In this document: positions 9,610 through 19,587 of the stretch, in pieces
Position numbering within the stretch: position 1 is the first letter of the stretch
Layout of the letters: each line of letters begins with the position of its first letter
NCBI GenBank assembly: GCA_963767165.1
Contig: CAVYCV010000005.1
Location: forward strand, 111,178-175,177
Direction: 5' to 3'
DNA: 64,000 nt
Source: an uncultured Chloroflexia bacterium
GTDB lineage: Bacteria > Chloroflexota > Limnocylindria > Limnocylindrales > CSP1-4
Notes under the pieces: model-generated
Database searches by the model: none
Seen by the model: only the letters and a program-made list of their open reading frames with translations
What the model was told of the DNA's origin: nothing
Program-made: the position numbers and the translations under genes

Positions 9610-10207
9610 GCCCGCTCCCGGGACCAGCGCATCGGACCCGCCTTCTGCCCGGCCGCGGAGTCGGCGATGAGCGCCTCCAGCCGACGCGCGCGCGTCTCTG
9701 CGCCCTTGGCGCTCGTCACCCAGTGCGTCACGGTCTTGCGGTACGACGGCGGCCGACGCTCCCAGTCGGCCCAGGCGGCGGGGACGGCCCGAAACCGCTC
9801 GAGCTCGGCGTCGGAGAACACGGCCATCCGGCCGTTCGTACGAGTAGACCGCGGTGTTCGCCTCGATCCGTCGCTCGAAGGCACGCAGGCCGGCGGGTCG
9901 CATCCGGCCTTCGGCCGTGAGGACCGGCGACCTTGTCGACGTTGATCGCGCTCCAGGTGCTCCCCTTCCGGCGCGGCGTGAACCGCTGTGCGGAGCGCGT
10001 GTCGTCGAGGCGCTTCCGGATGCCGTCGATCCAGCCGACGCACAGCGCCTCGTCGACCGCGTCCGACCAGCTGATGGTCGGCTTGCCGGTGGCCTTCCGG
10101 TGGTAGCCGAGCCACAGGTCGGCGGCCGTCTCGTGGTTCGCGTCGAACCACGCGCGCAGTTCACCGGGCGACTCGAAGAACATCACGTCGTGGGGCTCGA
10201 GCGTCAC
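9606..10207 (-). pseudogene. YdeI/OmpD-associated family protein, two frame slips
   Basis: Three frames carry consecutive parts. Part 1: VTLEPHDVMFFESPGELRAWFDANHETAADLWLGYHRKATGKPTISWSDAVDEALCVGWIDGIRKRLDD...STWSAINVDKVA. Part 2: LTAEGRMRPAGLRAFERRIEANTAVYSYE. Part 3: AVFSDAELERFRAVPAAWADWERRPPSYRKTVTHWVTSAKGAETRARRLEALI. Slips at about 9924-9927 and 9832-9836. Length 602 = 3n+2. Confidence 0.7.
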
Positions 10208-11700
10208 GCCCGCGCGGCCTCGATGGCGGCCGCGGCCTCGCGCAGCAGGACCCAGGTCCGCTCGACGTGGCGGGCCTCGGTCCGCAGGTTGCCGATCGCG
10301 ACGCGGATCGTGAACCGGCCGTCGAGGCGCGTGTGCGAGAGGAACACCTCCCCCGTTCGGTTGACGGCGTCCATGATCGCGGCGTTCGCCTCGTCGAGGG
10401 CCTCGTCGGTACCGGTCCAGCCGGGCGGGTGCCAGCGGAAGCAGACCGTCGAGAACGGGACGGGCGCAAGGCGCTCCCAGTCCGGCGCCGCGTCGACCTG
10501 GGCCGCGAACCATTCGGTGAGCTCCAGGTGCCGCTCGATCCGCCTGCGCAGGCCCTCCAGCCCGAACCAGCGGAGCTGGATCCAGAGCTTGAGCGCCCGG
10601 AAGCGCCGGCCGAGCTGCGGGGTGTACTCGTTGTAGTCGTGGACGGGCGTCGCTCGGTCGAGCGTCAGCAGGTATTCGGGGACCAGGCTGAACGCCGACC
10701 GCAGCACCTCCATGCGCCGGCACAGGAGCAGTGAGGCGTCGAGCGGCGTGAAGAGCCACTTGTGGGGATTCACGACGATCGAGTCGGCCCGCTCCCAGCC
10801 CTTGAAGGGCGCCCGCCGCTCGGGCAGGAGCGCGACCACCCCCGCGTAGGCCGAATCGACGTGCAGCCACAGCCCTTCGCGCTCGGCGATGTCAGCGATC
10901 GGCGCCACCGGATCCACCGAGGTCGAGGAGGTCGTCCCGACCGTCGCCACGATCGCGATCGGCAGGTATCCCGCCGCTCGATCCGCGGCGATCGTCGCGG
11001 CCAGGGCGTCCGGCCGCATCTCGTAGTCGTCGTTGACCGCGACCCGGGCGAGCGCCGTGCGGCCAAGGCCCAGCGTCATGCACGCCTTCTCGATCGAGCT
11101 GTGGGCCTCGGTCGATGCGTAGACCCGCAGTGCGGGGACGTCCGGGCGCCCGGTCAGGCCGAGGGCGGCGGCATCGATGCCGGCCGCCTGGCGGGCGCCG
11201 GCGAGCGCGATCAGGGACGAGGTGGAGGCGGTGTCGGTGAGAAGGCCGTCGAAGGCCTCGGGCAGGCCGAGGGCCTGGCGCAGCCACCCGACGACGACCT
11301 CCTCGAGCTCCGTGCCGATCGGCGACGTCCGCCACAGCATCGGGTTCTGGCCGAGGGCGGCGGTGAGCATCTCGCCCAGGATCCCGGGGCCGGACGCGGT
11401 GGTCGCGAAATACGCCAGGAAGCCCGGGTGCTGCCAGTGCGTGGCGTTGGGCTCGATCAGGCGGCGGTAGTCGTCGAGGATGGTCTCGAGCGGCTCGGGC
11501 TCCTCGGGCGCGCTTGCCGGGAACAGCGGCCGCAGCGAGCCCGGTTCGATCGAGGGGAAGACCGCGCGCTCCTCGACCGTCTCGAGGTAGTCCGCCATCA
11601 GGTCGGCGACGGCATGCGCGGCGGCCCGGAACTCGTCGGGCGGCATGTCCCCGAGGTCCGGCGAGGTGAGCCGGGCCGGGGCGTCGGTGCGGTCGGTCAT
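10204..11700 (-). CDS. PLP-dependent group II (aromatic-L-amino-acid/DDC-type) decarboxylase
   Basis: Intact 498-aa ORF with HWQHPGFLAYFATTASGPGILGEML and DSIVVNPHKWLFTPLD (PLP lysine motif). Confidence 0.85.
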   Translation of the reverse strand: MTDRTDAPARLTSPDLGDMPPDEFRAAAHAVADLMADYLETVEERAVFPSIEPGSLRPLFPASAPEEPEPLETILDDYRRLIEPNATHWQHPGFLAYFATTASGPGILGEMLTAALGQNPMLWRTSPIGTELEEVVVGWLRQALGLPEAFDGLLTDTASTSSLIALAGARQAAGIDAAALGLTGRPDVPALRVYASTEAHSSIEKACMTLGLGRTALARVAVNDDYEMRPDALAATIAADRAAGYLPIAIVATVGTTSSTSVDPVAPIADIAEREGLWLHVDSAYAGVVALLPERRAPFKGWERADSIVVNPHKWLFTPLDASLLLCRRMEVLRSAFSLVPEYLLTLDRATPVHDYNEYTPQLGRRFRALKLWIQLRWFGLEGLRRRIERHLELTEWFAAQVDAAPDWERLAPVPFSTVCFRWHPPGWTGTDEALDEANAAIMDAVNRTGEVFLSHTRLDGRFTIRVAIGNLRTEARHVERTWVLLREAAAAIEAARA

Positions 11701-11743
11701 CGCTCCCGAGTGTAGCGAGCGGGACCGGCCGGGATGCCCGGCG

Positions 11744-12679
11744 CTAGATCGAGTCGCCGATCCGGGACAGGATCGTGCTGACCTGGCTGCCCACCAGGAT
11801 CAGCGCCACGATCGCCAGCACGAACAGGAGGCCCAGGGCCACCACGATGACCAGGCATGCCTTGGCGAGGCCGCTCGCGCCCTGACCCGACGGGCTGACG
11901 AGCGCGGTGTTGGCGAAGCGGTCGTGCAGGCCCTGCTTCGTGGGGCTGGTCGCTGTCGTGATGAGCAGGACGATCACCCAGAGCAGCTCGATGAGCTGGC
12001 TGATCCCGACGAGGCTCGGGACGATCGAGAACAGCCCGATCCAGCTGCCCAGGCCGAGCCATCGGCGGATCGCCTGCTCGAGGCTCAGGGCCTTGCCATC
12101 GAAGGCGTTGCCGACCTGGATGTTGAAGATCCGCTGCCCGATCGTGGCGCGCCGGCCGCCGGTCCAGGAGAGGACGAAGTACAGCATCCCCAGCAGCGCC
12201 ACCGCGAGCGACCAGGCGGGACTGCTGATGCCCGTCATGGCGGTGGCCGAATCCGTGAAGTCCGTCGTCCCGACGCCGATGATCGTCACGACGATCGAGA
12301 CCACGATCCCCAGGAGGATCACGTCGACGATGTAGGCGACGACCCTGCTCCCGGTGTCCGCGAACGTGAGGCCGGGCGCGATCTCGACCGCGGCTGGGGG
12401 CGGTGGCGCCCAGCCGACAGGTGCCGACGAGAGGAGGGCCCCCTGGCCGGGTGGCGGCGGCGCTTCCGGCGGGCTCGACGCGGGTTGCCCGGGGGGCGGC
12501 GGGGCCTGGGATTCCGGCGTCTGGGGCGACCAGACGGTCGTCGGATCGGTCGGCGACGGTGGGGTCCAGCCCGTGCTGGGCGGGGGCGGCGGCTCGGGCG
12601 GCGTCGAACCGGGCGCCGGCGGCTCCGGCTCCCACGGCATCCGCCGCGGCGGCTGATCGTTCGGGGGATCCGTGCTCAT
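11744..12679 (-). CDS. RDD family membrane protein with Pro-rich N-terminus
   Basis: Intact 311-aa ORF with a PPxP-rich first 95 aa, [32 protein letters not shown] and [12 protein letters not shown]. Confidence 0.75.
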   Translation of the reverse strand: MSTDPPNDQPPRRMPWEPEPPAPGSTPPEPPPPPSTGWTPPSPTDPTTVWSPQTPESQAPPPPGQPASSPPEAPPPPGQGALLSSAPVGWAPPPPAAVEIAPGLTFADTGSRVVAYIVDVILLGIVVSIVVTIIGVGTTDFTDSATAMTGISSPAWSLAVALLGMLYFVLSWTGGRRATIGQRIFNIQVGNAFDGKALSLEQAIRRWLGLGSWIGLFSIVPSLVGISQLIELLWVIVLLITTATSPTKQGLHDRFANTALVSPSGQGASGLAKACLVIVVALGLLFVLAIVALILVGSQVSTILSRIGDSI

Positions 12680-12882
12680 GGCGCCATCCTACGCTCGCCG
12701 ATCGCCGGATTGTCGGCCGCCCGCAAGGTCAGCACCGAGCCTGGCACGCCGCCGACAGCATTCACGTCCCACAGTGGCCATGACATGGATCAGAGCGAAC
12801 AAGGCGACGAGAACCGAGCCGATCGCCGGAAGCGACCGGCGCGGGGCGATGACGACCTCTGCACGGCGAAACGGGTCAGCAC

Positions 12883-12923
12883 GAACCGACGGCCGACGAA
12901 GAACCGACCGACAACGAACCGCC
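12883..12923. repeat. Three direct copies of GAACCG(A/C)C in a divergent intergenic region
   Basis: GAACCGAC at 12883 and 12901, GAACCGCC at 12916, spaced 18 and 15 nt, between the RDD gene (-) and msrB (+). Confidence 0.3.
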
Positions 12924-13031
12924 GATCAAGCGCCACGACGGCCAGGTGTACGGCGGCTGACGGTTCGACAGGGCCGCTCGAGGCCATCTTCGCGTCATGA
13001 GAACGCCACACAGCGCTGGCATCATGTGCCC

Positions 13032-13463
13032 ATGACAGACACCAAGCGCGTTCCTGCGCTGCACAAGACCGACGCCGAATGGCGTGCCGAGCTGACCCCC
13101 GAGCAGTACCGGGTCCTCCGCCAGAAGGGCACCGAGCGTGCCTTCACGGGCGAGTTGTGGGACGAGCATCGCGCCGGCACCTACCGGTGCGCCGGCTGTG
13201 GATCGGATCTGTTCCGGTCCGACGCCAAGTTCGAATCCGGCACCGGCTGGCCAAGTTTCTTCGCCCCGGCCGACCCGAAAGCGGTCGCGACCGAGACCGA
13301 CCGCTCCTTCTTCATGACCCGCACGGAGGCCACCTGCGCGACGTGTGGCGGCCACCTCGGCCACGTCTTCGACGACGGGCCGAACCCGACCGGGCTGCGC
13401 TACTGCATCAACTCGGCGTCGCTGGCGCTCGATCCCGAGACCGACGAGCCAGACGCCGGCTAG
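13032..13463 (+). CDS. msrB: Peptide-methionine (R)-S-oxide reductase
   Basis: C-terminal 143 aa of ORF 12672..13463: [11 protein letters not shown]...GTGWPSFF...[18 protein letters not shown]...RYCINSASL. Confidence 0.95.
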   Translation: MTDTKRVPALHKTDAEWRAELTPEQYRVLRQKGTERAFTGELWDEHRAGTYRCAGCGSDLFRSDAKFESGTGWPSFFAPADPKAVATETDRSFFMTRTEATCATCGGHLGHVFDDGPNPTGLRYCINSASLALDPETDEPDAG

Positions 13464-13467
13464 GCAC

Positions 13468-13680
13468 TTAGCCGCGGGCGAACAGACTCAAGGCTCCCAG
13501 CAGGAGCACGATCGCCACGGCGATGACGCCGAGCACGAACACGACGCTCAGGACGACGCCGACCCCAAGCGTCCGGGCCCGGGTGCTCTTCAGGTCCCCC
13601 CCATAGGCTCGGCCGCACGCCTGACAGGCGCGGTCACCCGGCTTGCGGGCGGTCCCGCACCAGCGACAGAAGTCATCCAT
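13468..13680 (-). CDS. Zinc-ribbon plus single-TM small protein (70 aa)
   Basis: ORF MDDFCRWCGTARKPGDRACQACGRAYGG followed by a hydrophobic helix VGVVLSVVFVLGVIAVAIVLLLGAL. Confidence 0.5.
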   Translation of the reverse strand: MDDFCRWCGTARKPGDRACQACGRAYGGDLKSTRARTLGVGVVLSVVFVLGVIAVAIVLLLGALSLFARG

Positions 13681-13701
13681 TGGCTCGGTCCGCGCAGGCA
13701 G

Positions 13702-13917
13702 TCAATCGAGAGCGGCGTCCTCGCTCGTCGCGACCGCGTGGCAATCCTCGCACCGAACGCCGTCAGGCGGGTCGTCGTGCTCGGCCGCCCACGGGTCCCG
13801 TCGAAAGCTGACGCCGCACGCGGCCGTCACCGTGTTCGGGAGAGCGCGGACCGTGTCCATCAGGTGCCATTCGTATCGCTCCGAGCCGACGCCCGCGGCG
13901 CGCTGGACCCAGGTCAA
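13702..13917 (-). CDS. Small Cys-containing protein, DUF3039-like pattern
   Basis: ERYEWHLMDTVRALPNTVTAACGVSFRRDPWAAEHDDPPDGVRCEDCHAV. The TTG at 13917 overlaps the upstream stop; ATG at 13860 is an alternative start. The family call is from motif memory only. Confidence 0.35.
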   Translation of the reverse strand: MTWVQRAAGVGSERYEWHLMDTVRALPNTVTAACGVSFRRDPWAAEHDDPPDGVRCEDCHAVATSEDAALD

Positions 13918-14180
13918 CGGCGGATCCGGATGACGACGTCGTCCGTCACCGGATCGAGCGTCGCCGTGAGGTTGGGATTGTCCGGAAGCCCGTCGAGGTA
14001 ATGGCGCGGCAGGCGCAGCTCGCCGCTCCTCGATGCGACGACGGCGGCCAGCAGGCGATGCCACGTCACATCGACCTGGGGGTCTGGGTCCTCCTGGTCC
14101 TGTTCCTGCACGCTGCCATGGTATAGAAATTCTGTACCGAGCAGGGCGGCGTTTCCGTGCGGCATCTCGTCTGACGTCAA
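13914..14180 (-). CDS. Hypothetical 88-aa protein (possible AbrB-like C-terminal half)
   Basis: ORF 13914..14180 with a TTG start (ATG alternative at 14165), in a locally AT-richer patch. Contains GELRLPRHYLDGLPDNPNLTATLDPVTDDVVIRIRR. Confidence 0.3.
   Translation of the reverse strand: MTSDEMPHGNAALLGTEFLYHGSVQEQDQEDPDPQVDVTWHRLLAAVVASRSGELRLPRHYLDGLPDNPNLTATLDPVTDDVVIRIRR
14120..14138. promoter_or_regulatory. AT-rich 19-bp near-palindrome GGTATAGAAATTCTGTACC
   Basis: 18 of 19 positions are self-complementary around a central A. It stands out against the GC-rich background, about 85 nt downstream of the tRNA-Pro 3' end. Confidence 0.25.
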
Positions 14181-14222
14181 CCGGGCTTCGACGGCTGAGA
14201 GGCGGCGGCCGACTAGAGGGAT

Positions 14223-14299
14223 TGGTCGGGGCGGCCGGATTTGAACCGACGACCACTAGTCCCCCAGACTAGTGCGCTACCAGACTGCGCCACGCCCCG
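14223..14299 (-). tRNA. tRNA-Pro (anticodon GGG)
   Basis: Reverse complement is CGGGGCGTGGCGCAGTCTGGTAGCGCACTAGTCTGGGGGACTAGTGGTCGTCGGTTCAAATCCGGCCGCCCCGACCA. It has a 7-bp acceptor stem, D arm GCGC/GCGC, anticodon stem CTAGT/ACTAG with loop CTGGGGG, T loop TTCAAAT and an encoded CCA. Confidence 0.9.
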
Positions 14300-14411
14300 G
14301 CGTTCCCGAGTCTAGCACCGCTCCGCAGCACCCCCGGGCAACGACGTGCGGGTTTCTTGCGCCAGATGCGATGCGCGGGACGGGCGGGTCCTGGGCGGGC
14401 CTCCGCGTCCC

Positions 14412-15461
14412 CTACCCCGCCCGCTCCTCGCCGAGGCTGGCGATCCAGGCGGACGCGTCCGCCAGCTCGTCCTTCAATTCGCGGGCGAGCAGGTCGACCA
14501 GGCAGCGCTTGACGCTCTTGCCCTCGAACAACGCGCGTTCGACCTCCCGCGCGATCGGCATCTCGACGCCGTACCGGTCCGCGAGCGCGAGCGCCGCCTG
14601 GACCGTGTAGGCGCCCTCGGCCGTCCCGGGCAGGTCCGCCTCGATCTCGATCCACGATCGGCCCTTGGCGAGCTCGATCCCGAGCCGATGGTTGCGCGAC
14701 AGCGGCGAGCCGCACGTCGCGATGAGGTCGCCGATCCCGGCGAGCCCGGCGAACGTCAGCGGGTTGGCGCCCGCGGCGATGCCCAAGCGCATCATCTCGG
14801 CCAGGCCCCGCGTCAGCAGGCCCGCCTTGCCGTTGTCGCCGAATCCGAGCCCGTCGGCCGCGCCCGCCGCGATCGCGACGACGTTCTTGAGGGCACCGGC
14901 GAGCTCGACGCCGAGGATGTCCTGGTTGACGTAGAGCCGGAACCGCCGGCGCGACAGCCGGGCAACGACACTCAAAGCGAGCGCCGGATCCGTGGCGGCC
15001 ACGACCGCCGACGCGGGCAGCCCACGGGCGATCTCGGCGGCCAGGTTCGGGCCCGACAGGGCCGCGATCCGATCGGGCGCGACCGCCCCGGCCTCGGCGA
15101 TGACCTCGCTCATTCGGAGCAGACTGCCCCGTTCAAGCCCCTTGACGACCGACACGATGTCCGCCGACGGCGCGATGAACGGCGCCACCCGCGCCACGGT
15201 CCCCCGCAGGTGCGCGGACGGCGTCGCGAAGATCACCAGATCTGTCGCCTCGGCGAGAACGCGATCGTCCGCGGTCGCGGTGACCGTTCGCGGCAGGTCC
15301 ACGCCCGGGAGGCGGGCCTCGTTCCGTCCGGTCGCCGAGATGCGTGCCGCCGTCTCCGGGGAGTGGCACAGCAGGATGACCGGCTCCTCGCGGGCCACGA
15401 GCCGGGCCAGCGTGGTCCCCCACGCCCCGGCTCCGACCACCGCGACCCGCGGGCCGCCCAT
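14412..15461 (-). CDS. gpsA: NAD(P)H-dependent glycerol-3-phosphate dehydrogenase
   Basis: C-terminal 349 aa of ORF 14412..15986: VAVVGAGAWGTTLA...GPNLAAEIARGLP...GALKNVVAIAAG. ATGA overlap with the der stop. Confidence 0.9.
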   Translation of the reverse strand: MGGPRVAVVGAGAWGTTLARLVAREEPVILLCHSPETAARISATGRNEARLPGVDLPRTVTATADDRVLAEATDLVIFATPSAHLRGTVARVAPFIAPSADIVSVVKGLERGSLLRMSEVIAEAGAVAPDRIAALSGPNLAAEIARGLPASAVVAATDPALALSVVARLSRRRFRLYVNQDILGVELAGALKNVVAIAAGAADGLGFGDNGKAGLLTRGLAEMMRLGIAAGANPLTFAGLAGIGDLIATCGSPLSRNHRLGIELAKGRSWIEIEADLPGTAEGAYTVQAALALADRYGVEMPIAREVERALFEGKSVKRCLVDLLARELKDELADASAWIASLGEERAG

Positions 15462-17083
15462 CAGCGGGACCGGCGGGTCTTCCCGGCGCTGACGCGCCGC
15501 GCGGGCTTGGCCGCACCCGGCCCGGATCGGGCCTTCTTGCGGCGCGGCAGCTTCACCGAGGTCCGGTCGCGGAAGACGAGCTTGATCGGCGTGCCGTCGA
15601 AGCCGAACGTCTCGCGCAGCTGGTTCTCGAGGTAGCGGCGGTAGCTGAAGTGGACGGCCGAGCCGTCCGAGGCGAAGAACACGAACGTCGGCGGCGCGAC
15701 GGCCGCCTGGGTGGCGTAGAAGATCTTCGGTCGCCGGCCACGCACAGGCGGCGGCGGCGTCCGTTCCGTGGCGCTCAGGAGCATCCGGTTGAGCTCGCCC
15801 GTCGAGACGCGCTTGCGGCGCTCGCCCCAGATGTCGACGGCCGCCTCGAGGACGCGACCGACCCGCTGCCCGGTCTTGGCGCTGATCGAGAGGATCGGCG
15901 CGAAGTCGAGGAACGGGACCTCGTTGCGGATCCACTCGGTGTACTGGTCGAACGTGCGGTCCGTCTTGTCGGCCACGAGGTCCCACTTGTTGACCGCGAT
16001 GACGAGGCCCTTGCCCTCCTCGACGACGTAGCCCGCGACATGCGCGTCCTGCGACGTGAAGCCCTCGACGGCGTCGATGACGAGCACGGCGACGTCCGCC
16101 CGCGTCAGCGCATGGAGCGCCCGGAGCGTCGAGTAGCGCTCGGCCGCCGGGCCCCCGGCCACCTTGCCGCGCCGCCGGATGCCGGCGGTGTCGATGAGGA
16201 CGATCTCGCTGCGACCCCAGGCGAGTCGCGTGTCGATGGCGTCGCGGGTCGTGCCCGGGATCTCCGAGACGATCGCACGCTCCTCGCCGAGCAGCGCGTT
16301 GAGCAGGCTCGACTTGCCCACGTTCGGGCGCCCGACGAACGCGATCGCGGCGGGCTCCTGGTCGGCCTCGGCGGCCATCGCCGCATCCCAGCGAGCGGCC
16401 TCCGGGTCGACGACGGACAGGTCGACATCGGGTTCGGCGTCATCACCGTCGGCGTCAGCGGCGTCTGCGTCGCTCACGACATAGGGCTCGAGCCGGCCGG
16501 CCGCCACCTCGTCCGCCCAGGCCTCGGCCTCGGTCTCGCGGGCCTTGCGGGCGAGCTCGCGCTCGCTCTCGGGCGGCAGCGCCCAGACGATCGCGTCGAG
16601 CAGGTCGCCGGTGCCGCGGCCGTGGGTGGCCGAGATCGCGTAGGTCTCGTCCCAGCCCAGGGCGTGGAACTCGGCGCCTTCGAGCTCGCGCTTCTCGTTG
16701 TCGGCCTTGTTGACCGCCACGATCACGGGCGCCTTGGCCCGGCGCAGGATGTTCGCGGCCTCCTCGTCGGGCGGCATCAGCCCGACGACGGCGTCCACGA
16801 CGAACACGATGACGTCGGCCTCGGCGATCGCGAGACGGGCCTGGTCCTGGACCGCCGCCTCGATCAGGTCGTCGGGGTCGAGCTCGAGGCCGCCGGTGTC
16901 GACGAGGACGAACCGGCGGCCGTTCCACTCGGTGTCGCCGTAGAGCCGGTCGCGGGTCGTGTGCGCGCGATCCTCGACGATGGCCGTGCGGCCGCCGACG
17001 ATCCGATTGAAGAGGGTGCTCTTGCCGACGTTCGGCCGGCCGACGACGGCGACGACCGGGAGCCCACCCGGATGCGCGACCAC
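15461..17083 (-). CDS. der: Ribosome-biogenesis GTPase Der (EngA), with an acidic inter-domain insert
   Basis: Two GTPase domains ([14 protein letters not shown]...DTGG and [14 protein letters not shown]...DTAG) plus a KH-like C-terminus. GTG at 17083 lies 4 nt after the ispH stop. Confidence 0.9.
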   Translation of the reverse strand: MVAHPGGLPVVAVVGRPNVGKSTLFNRIVGGRTAIVEDRAHTTRDRLYGDTEWNGRRFVLVDTGGLELDPDDLIEAAVQDQARLAIAEADVIVFVVDAVVGLMPPDEEAANILRRAKAPVIVAVNKADNEKRELEGAEFHALGWDETYAISATHGRGTGDLLDAIVWALPPESERELARKARETEAEAWADEVAAGRLEPYVVSDADAADADGDDAEPDVDLSVVDPEAARWDAAMAAEADQEPAAIAFVGRPNVGKSSLLNALLGEERAIVSEIPGTTRDAIDTRLAWGRSEIVLIDTAGIRRRGKVAGGPAAERYSTLRALHALTRADVAVLVIDAVEGFTSQDAHVAGYVVEEGKGLVIAVNKWDLVADKTDRTFDQYTEWIRNEVPFLDFAPILSISAKTGQRVGRVLEAAVDIWGERRKRVSTGELNRMLLSATERTPPPPVRGRRPKIFYATQAAVAPPTFVFFASDGSAVHFSYRRYLENQLRETFGFDGTPIKLVFRDRTSVKLPRRKKARSGPGAAKPARRVSAGKTRRSR

Positions 17084-17087
17084 GAGG

Positions 17088-18068
17088 TCAGGCAGCGCCG
17101 GGCGTGGCGACGGCGCGGGGCAGGTTCGGCAGCGAGGTGGTCCGGCCGGCCGGCGTCGCGGCCCCTGCGAGCGCGGCGTCTGCGAGGCTCGCGGCATCGG
17201 CCTGGGTCGCAGGCGTCCCGGCATGGGCCAGGATCCAGTGGGCCACCTCGCGCAGGTCCTCGATCGGCGTGGAGGTGCCGCCGGTCACCCCGACCACCTT
17301 CGCGTCGTGGAAGTCGGTCGCATCCGTCAGGTCCGCGACGCCCTGGATCTGGATGGCGGGCTTGCCGGCGATCTCGCACAGCCGCGTGAGTTCCTTGGTG
17401 TTGGCGCTCGAGCGGCCGCCGACGACGACCATCAGGTCGACCTCGCGGGCCAGCTCCATCGTGTCCTCCTGGCGCCGGATGGTGACCGGGCAGACGGTGT
17501 TGATGATCTTGAGCTCGTGCGAACGCCCGACCATCAGCGCCGCCAGGCGCTCGAACTTCCAGGGCGGCTGCGTCGACTGGCTGATAAGCGCGAGCTTCTT
17601 GCGCCGCGGCACGGCCGCGTCCCACTCCTCCTCCTCATCGACGACGATGACGTCCGGCGCGAACCCGAGGAGCCCGACGACCTCGGGATGGTTGGGCGTG
17701 CCGAGCAGGACGATCGTGTAGCCCTCGTCGACGAGCTTGCGCAGCTCCTTCTGCTCGGCGATGACCCAGGTGCACGTGCCGTCGATGACCTCGAGGCCGC
17801 GCGCCTCGGCGCGCTCGAGGACGTCCGGCCGGACGCCGTGGGCGCGGATGACGACGGCGGCGCCGTGATCGACGTCGTCGAGCGTGTCGACGGTCTCGAT
17901 GCCCAGATCCTGCAGCTCGCGCACGACGCCGTCGTTGTGGACGACCTGGCCGAGCGTGTGCGTCGACTTGCCGGCCGCCGCCGACTCCTTGGCCTTGTCG
18001 ATGGCCTCGCGGACGCCATAGCAGAAGCCGGTGCGCTTGGCGATGCGGACCTCCTGGACGGTTCCCAT
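17088..18068 (-). CDS. ispH: 4-hydroxy-3-methylbut-2-enyl diphosphate reductase
   Basis: Intact 326-aa ORF with [32 protein letters not shown] and SSANTKEL. Confidence 0.9.
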   Translation of the reverse strand: MGTVQEVRIAKRTGFCYGVREAIDKAKESAAAGKSTHTLGQVVHNDGVVRELQDLGIETVDTLDDVDHGAAVVIRAHGVRPDVLERAEARGLEVIDGTCTWVIAEQKELRKLVDEGYTIVLLGTPNHPEVVGLLGFAPDVIVVDEEEEWDAAVPRRKKLALISQSTQPPWKFERLAALMVGRSHELKIINTVCPVTIRRQEDTMELAREVDLMVVVGGRSSANTKELTRLCEIAGKPAIQIQGVADLTDATDFHDAKVVGVTGGTSTPIEDLREVAHWILAHAGTPATQADAASLADAALAGAATPAGRTTSLPNLPRAVATPGAA

Positions 18069-18094
18069 GCCTCGATTATCGCACGGGGCCCCGT

Positions 18095-18874
18095 TCAGAC
18101 CCCTTCGGCCGGCGGTGCGGGCAACGTGTGCGGGGCCTCCGGCGGCGCCTCGTAGACGCCCCGTTGGCGGGCCGGCAGGAGCTCGGCGATGCGCCGCATG
18201 ATGATGTCCGTGGCGAGGCCCTTGGCGGTTCGCCGGTCCGTGCCGGGCGGCAGTTCGTCGGCGAGGCGGAACGGGCGACCGACGCGGACCGTGACCCGCC
18301 CGCCCGGATGCGGCACCTTCTGGCCCCGCGGCCAGACCCCGTTCGAGCCTCCGATGCCGATCGGCACGATCGGGGCGCCGGTCCGAAGCGCCAGGACGGC
18401 GACGCCGTCGCGGGCCGCCTGAAGCTTGCCATCGGCGCTACGCGTCCCTTCCGGGAAGACGAACAGGATGTTGCCCTCGTCGAGGATCCGTCGGGCGAGA
18501 CGGAACGCCTCGACATCGGCCGCGTCCCGATCGACCGGGTGGACGCCGCCCGTGCGGGCCATCCAGCCGACCACCGGCCAGTCGAACAGCTCCTTCTTGC
18601 CGAGCCAGTGGATGCGACGGCCGAGCGTCGGGGTCAGCCAGGCGCCCAGCACGACCGGATCGAAGTTCGAGGCGTGGTTCGAGGCGATGATGACCGGGCC
18701 GTCGCGCGGGATCTCGTCGATCGCGCCCTCGATCCGGATGCGCGACATGGCGCGGGCGAAGATCCGGGCACCGAAGGCCACGGTCCGGATCAGCGGGGTC
18801 GTCGCGCTCTCGATGGGCTCTGGGACGGGCGCGTCGCGGGTCGCCTCTGCGACCGCAGGCTCCCGATCGCTCAC
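18095..18874 (-). CDS. plsC: 1-acyl-sn-glycerol-3-phosphate acyltransferase
   Basis: Intact 259-aa ORF with [14 protein letters not shown] (HxxxxD) and VFPEGTRS. Confidence 0.8.
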   Translation of the reverse strand: MSDREPAVAEATRDAPVPEPIESATTPLIRTVAFGARIFARAMSRIRIEGAIDEIPRDGPVIIASNHASNFDPVVLGAWLTPTLGRRIHWLGKKELFDWPVVGWMARTGGVHPVDRDAADVEAFRLARRILDEGNILFVFPEGTRSADGKLQAARDGVAVLALRTGAPIVPIGIGGSNGVWPRGQKVPHPGGRVTVRVGRPFRLADELPPGTDRRTAKGLATDIIMRRIAELLPARQRGVYEAPPEAPHTLPAPPAEGV

Positions 18875-19570
18875 CGGCGCGCCTCCACGTCGCGGATCGC
18901 ATTGGTCACGGCGTCGACGGTGTCCTCGAAGCGGTTGCCGTCGGTGACGATGATGCGCGCGTCGGTCGCCGCGCGGAGCGGGGCGACCCGGCGGTTCCGG
19001 TCGAGCTCGTCACGTCGCCGCAGGGCGGCGAGGATCTCGTCGGCCTCGGGGCTGCCGGGGTCGAGACCGCGTTCCGCCGTCCGGCGGGCGGCCCGCTCCT
19101 CGACCGAGGCGTCGAGGAAGATCTTGAGGTCGGCGTCGGGCAGGACCACGGTCCCGATGTCGCGACCGGCCATGACGATCCCGCCGTGCTTTCGCCATGT
19201 CCCGTTGCCGCGCGAGCAGGGCCGTCCGGAGCTCCGGCACGGCCGACACGGTCGACACGGCCGAATCGACCTCCGGGCCGCGCACGTCGTCGGTGTGGTC
19301 GACGCCATCGACGAGCACCCGAGCCAGCCGGCCCGCCTCGTCCGGGGCGAGCTCCACTTCCTCGACGAGCGCGCTCAGCGCGATCGGGTCGTCGACCTCG
19401 ACGCCGCGATGCTCGGCGAGCCAGGTGACCGCCCGATAGAGCAGCCCGGTGTCGCAGAAGCGGTAGCCGACGTTCGAGGCCGCCGCGGCTCCGACGCTGC
19501 TCTTGCCCGACGACCCGGGGCCGTCCAGCGCCACGACGAGCCCGCGCTGCCCCTTCGACGCATCGTCCAT
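18871..19570 (-). CDS. cmk: Cytidylate kinase, frameshifted in this sequence
   Basis: The N-part, [27 protein letters not shown]...[10 protein letters not shown], lies within ORF 19010..19837. The C-part, [36 protein letters not shown], lies within ORF 18871..19308. There is an extra A in GCGAAAGC (plus-strand ttt at 19190-19192). Length 700 = 3n+1. Confidence 0.85.
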
Positions 19571-19587
19571 CCGCGGCAGGATAGCCG

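Noticed and set aside
7006-9945. Very long plus-strand ORFs (for example 7006..9945, 1461..3527, 42002..44470, 58103..60274, 53786..55786)
   Set aside because: They lie antisense to well-supported genes and have Arg/Gly/Asp/Pro-dominated low-complexity translations. This is typical of stop-poor shadow frames in GC-rich DNA.
8434-10164. 576-aa ORF suggesting a large ACAD with an N-terminal extension
   Set aside because: The first ~185 aa are one frame of the frameshifted ydeI-like gene plus out-of-frame sequence. The ACAD starts at the GTG at 9609.
13225-13250. GTTCGAATCC, a T-loop-like string suggesting a second tRNA
   Set aside because: It lies inside msrB, encoding KFESGTGW, and no cloverleaf can be drawn around it.
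15986-17224. N-terminal extensions of gpsA (to 15986) and der (to 17224) implied by the ORF track
   Set aside because: The extensions are low-complexity and overlap the preceding genes in other frames. Conserved N-termini and overlap-type start codons place the starts at 15461 and 17083.
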